A DNA stretch of 64,000 nucleotides, from the NCBI GenBank assembly GCA_963749915.1, contig CAVVOP010000019.1, forward strand, positions 96,001-160,000. The letters run 5' to 3'. A program made the translations under genes and the position numbers. Positions 60,972-64,000 of this stretch are shown here, one piece after another. The notes below the pieces were generated by a model. It saw nothing but the letters and a program-made list of their open reading frames with translations. It was not told the origin of the DNA and made no database searches. This stretch comes from an uncultured cyanobacterium. Its GTDB lineage: Bacteria; Cyanobacteriota; Cyanobacteriia; Cyanobacteriales; Cyanobacteriaceae. The stretch's first letter is position 1, and every line of letters begins with the position of its first letter.

Positions 60972-63278
60972 TTAACTGTCTTGTTCGGGAGGAAAATTGG
61001 ATAATAATTGATTACTATTATCTTGAGAATGAATGACAGCAATTGTCTGATGGGGTATGCCCACAGAAATTCCTGCTTTATCGAATGCCAACTTAACTCG
61101 CCGACGAAATTCTCGACCCACATTCCATTGTTCATTAGGTTGAGTTTTAATCAGGAGATGAATGAGAATACCTTCATGAGATACTTCATCAACCCCTAAA
61201 ATTTGCGCCGGTTCCAGAAATCTTTCTCCCCATTCAGATTCACTTTGCATTAGGTCCGCAACCTGAGTCATAACTGCGATCGCTTGATCAATATCTTGAT
61301 TCCAGGCAATTCTAATGGTAAAGTTAACCCTAGACCAGTATTTAGTCTTATTAATTACAGCAGAAATCTTACTATTAGGAATAGCGATCGATTCTCCATC
61401 CAGATTACGCAAAGAAGTGATAAACAAATTGATATCCTCTACTGTTCCAGCCATCCCTCCACCAACATTAATCACATCGCCAATGGCATAACGGTCAGTC
61501 CATAAAATCAAAATCCCATTGAGCATATCTTCCACTAAATTGCGACCCAGAAAAGCGATTGCCACGGCAAAAACTCCTGCACCAGCAAGTACAGTGGGAT
61601 TAATCCCTATTGACGAAACACTTAAGTAAAGACCTAAGACAATCACTAGAAAGGTTGTACCTCTTTTGAGAGTAACCGAGTAAGTATTAACCCGTAGGGT
61701 ATAACGATTAGAATCAGGATTAATTGCTTGGGCTTCACTTGCCCAATTGTTAAGGTAATAGTCAATAGCGAAATCCCCAACCTTATCAACAAAAATCAAT
61801 CCTATCCAGATAAAAATCACAATTAGAGTTTGGTCGAACAAGAAAACAGAGACAAAGCGAGTCTGACGAAATATTAAGAAAATAATACTTAGCCCTAAAG
61901 CTAGGCTCAAAATTTCTAAAATCAACATCTCAGATAGCAAGAATTGACAGAAATTTCGTTTTTGTTTAATTTGGGTTTGAGCTCGTAACAACAGCTTTTG
62001 CTCAGAAATCTCAGACTGAAAAAATATCCACTTATTTTTCTGAATCAGCCTCTTAAACCAATTAAATAGTTTGAGTAAGAGGTATGAGAGTCTTTTTGTG
62101 AGCAAAGAAAAAATCTGAGCCAGAGAAAATACCCACTTGTTTTTCCGAACCAGCCTCTTAAACCAATTAAATAACTTGACTACGGGAAATAATACTGTTT
62201 TTTTGAGTCGAGAAAACAGAGGATATAAGCCTTTCAATATCTTGTTGAGATAGTTTTTTTTCTTTCTTGTTTCTTCTCCTTTCAAGGGGAGTTGAGTTTG
62301 GTTAACTGATTCTACTAGAGTACTATCAGACTCGTATCTCTTTTCTTCTATTGGCTCTGAGCTATCTAGAATATCACCGAGATTATTTTCTCTTTGTTGT
62401 GATGAGATGGTTTCAGGCTCGACAGCTAGAGAATCGGTAATTTCATTTAGTTTTCGTCTCAGTTGATTGTTCCACTTTCTTAGAAAACTGCGAATTAATT
62501 CAATCAACCACATTAGTATTAGTGTAACCCCCAGAATGGCACCAGAGATTCCCCATCGCCACAGAGGATGCTGTCTGTCTAACTCATATCCCCACAGAGC
62601 ACTACTGAAAGATAACTGAATCTTACTCTGCCAAGCTTTGGCTAATTCTCCAACTGTTGTACCATTGGCTTTGGCATCAATCTCAGTTACGGTGACAATA
62701 GCCTGTGAAGCTAATCCTAATTCTGGTTGGGCAGGGGCATAAATAACGGTCTGTTGATTTTCAATACCCACTTCAATTTGTGGCACCCAAGAGTGTAATG
62801 GTTTAACTATTGCCGGCATCCCTAATCGCTTTGTCGATGAGGGTAGCCAAAATTGCCAATCGGCAATAAAAGGAACTTCAGAAATAGTTTGACTACTGAC
62901 AATTTCATATAAAATTTGTTCAAAGACTTGTGTGACTAATTTGGCTCTCTGCTCTACTTTTTGGATAATTTCAACGCTGGATTGATCGAGCTCTTTTAAA
63001 GCTGTTAAGGTTAATTCTGGAGTTAGAGTGGCTCTTTTGGTAAGTGCAGTTCGAATATTTGTTTCACCACTGTAAGTGTAAACATCACTACACCAAAATT
63101 TTCCACAAGTATAAGCTTTATTAAGATCCCAGGGAGGAGATTGAGTTGGTTGTTCGTTACTTGGTTGGGTGAACAAGGGAATTTGTCCTAAACTGTTGGG
63201 TGTCCAGGTTAAAGTTAAAGTTAGGGTGAGAATAGTAATAACAATAAATTTTATTGTTTGTTTTAAAATTTTTTTCAT
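60972..63278 (-). CDS. Large mechanosensitive channel, MscS family
   Basis: DMLNGI, YAIGDVI, GTVEDI and IPNS motifs. Confidence 0.9.
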   Translation of the reverse strand: MKKILKQTIKFIVITILTLTLTLTWTPNSLGQIPLFTQPSNEQPTQSPPWDLNKAYTCGKFWCSDVYTYSGETNIRTALTKRATLTPELTLTALKELDQSSVEIIQKVEQRAKLVTQVFEQILYEIVSSQTISEVPFIADWQFWLPSSTKRLGMPAIVKPLHSWVPQIEVGIENQQTVIYAPAQPELGLASQAIVTVTEIDAKANGTTVGELAKAWQSKIQLSFSSALWGYELDRQHPLWRWGISGAILGVTLILMWLIELIRSFLRKWNNQLRRKLNEITDSLAVEPETISSQQRENNLGDILDSSEPIEEKRYESDSTLVESVNQTQLPLKGEETRKKKNYLNKILKGLYPLFSRLKKTVLFPVVKLFNWFKRLVRKNKWVFSLAQIFSLLTKRLSYLLLKLFNWFKRLIQKNKWIFFQSEISEQKLLLRAQTQIKQKRNFCQFLLSEMLILEILSLALGLSIIFLIFRQTRFVSVFLFDQTLIVIFIWIGLIFVDKVGDFAIDYYLNNWASEAQAINPDSNRYTLRVNTYSVTLKRGTTFLVIVLGLYLSVSSIGINPTVLAGAGVFAVAIAFLGRNLVEDMLNGILILWTDRYAIGDVINVGGGMAGTVEDINLFITSLRNLDGESIAIPNSKISAVINKTKYWSRVNFTIRIAWNQDIDQAIAVMTQVADLMQSESEWGERFLEPAQILGVDEVSHEGILIHLLIKTQPNEQWNVGREFRRRVKLAFDKAGISVGIPHQTIAVIHSQDNSNQLLSNFPPEQDS

Positions 63279-63650
63279 TTAACTATAAAGACACTATGGT
63301 TAGAATGCAGAAGTTAAAAGCCTTGATTCTCCTAGCTTTACTAATTTTTAATCCCAGTTTTATTTACACCCTGAAGAAAATATCGAGATGATGAAAGGAG
63401 CTATTCAAGAGCTACTTAAAAGAAAAACAAAAATTTAATATATAAGCGTTTAACAGGAGAAAATCTTAAAATAATTACACATTATCAATTCAAAATTATT
63501 GTACTAATTAAATAATCATTCAATTAATTAGAGGCAAAATTTTTGCCGAGTGCATTTTTAATTTTTAATTCAAAAAAATGGTCAATTTTAATCAATCAAT
63601 AATGTTTTGATACTCCTTAATTTCAACGGGATATATTCTGATCGTTAGAT

Positions 63651-64000
63651 TCATGGACTCGACCCCCATTTTTGAGATGGTGTAGTAGCAGCCCCTAAGG
63701 CAACTGTGACAAGCGATCGCTTATACAGGGTCCAATTGGCTGTAACAATGGCAAAAGACCCGCTCAAAATTGGGTTCATCAACGGAGCAACAATCATCGC
63801 CCCAATAATCACGGCAGTACTATTGGCTATAAGTCCTAAGGTAGCGATTACCGAAGCGGCAGACAACAGGAAAAAGAAACTAAAAGAAGGAATCGATGCC
63901 GCTTCACGAGATTCGGTTAATTCTTCTTCAGGAACAGGTTTTTCCAGATGAACCTTCCAACCAGCTGTGATTTTTTTCCACAGAGTGCGAAATGAAAGAA
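63651..64000 (-). pseudogene. DUF389 membrane protein, truncated; start lies outside the window
   Basis: IATLGLIANSTAVIIGAMIVAPLMNPI, followed by an abrupt early stop. Confidence 0.7.

Overview
AT-rich cyanobacterial chromosomal segment (frequent HIP1 GCGATCGC octamers, split dnaE-N intein, heptamer STRR repeats). It is heavily affected by IS activity and deletion. 1-19.2 kb is a decaying accessory region: polysaccharide-modification genes broken by IS66 and MITEs, a three-level nested IS structure, and a type I R-M remnant packed with toxin-antitoxin cassettes. The standout feature is an intact ~12 kb divergent cluster (19.3-31.2 kb). It encodes a divergent FtsZ/tubulin-family GTPase, a 1096-aa protein with a complete actin/Hsp70-fold ATPase motif set, a 4-TM protein, a vWA-like lipoprotein, and four proteins sharing five copies of an unnamed ~120-aa domain; together this looks like a candidate envelope-linked NTPase system. 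32.9-43 kb is mostly housekeeping (rsmD, sbcD, comB, rbp, TrmJ-like, PBP-A-like, MIF, dnaE-N). 43-64 kb mixes transport and stress genes (DoxX, MATE, AKR, devBC, TolQ plus two ExbD-like, SPFH, K+ channel, MscS) with internally deleted genes, and has a candidate structured RNA ahead of the SPFH gene. All family calls come from motif recognition by eye; no database searches were run.
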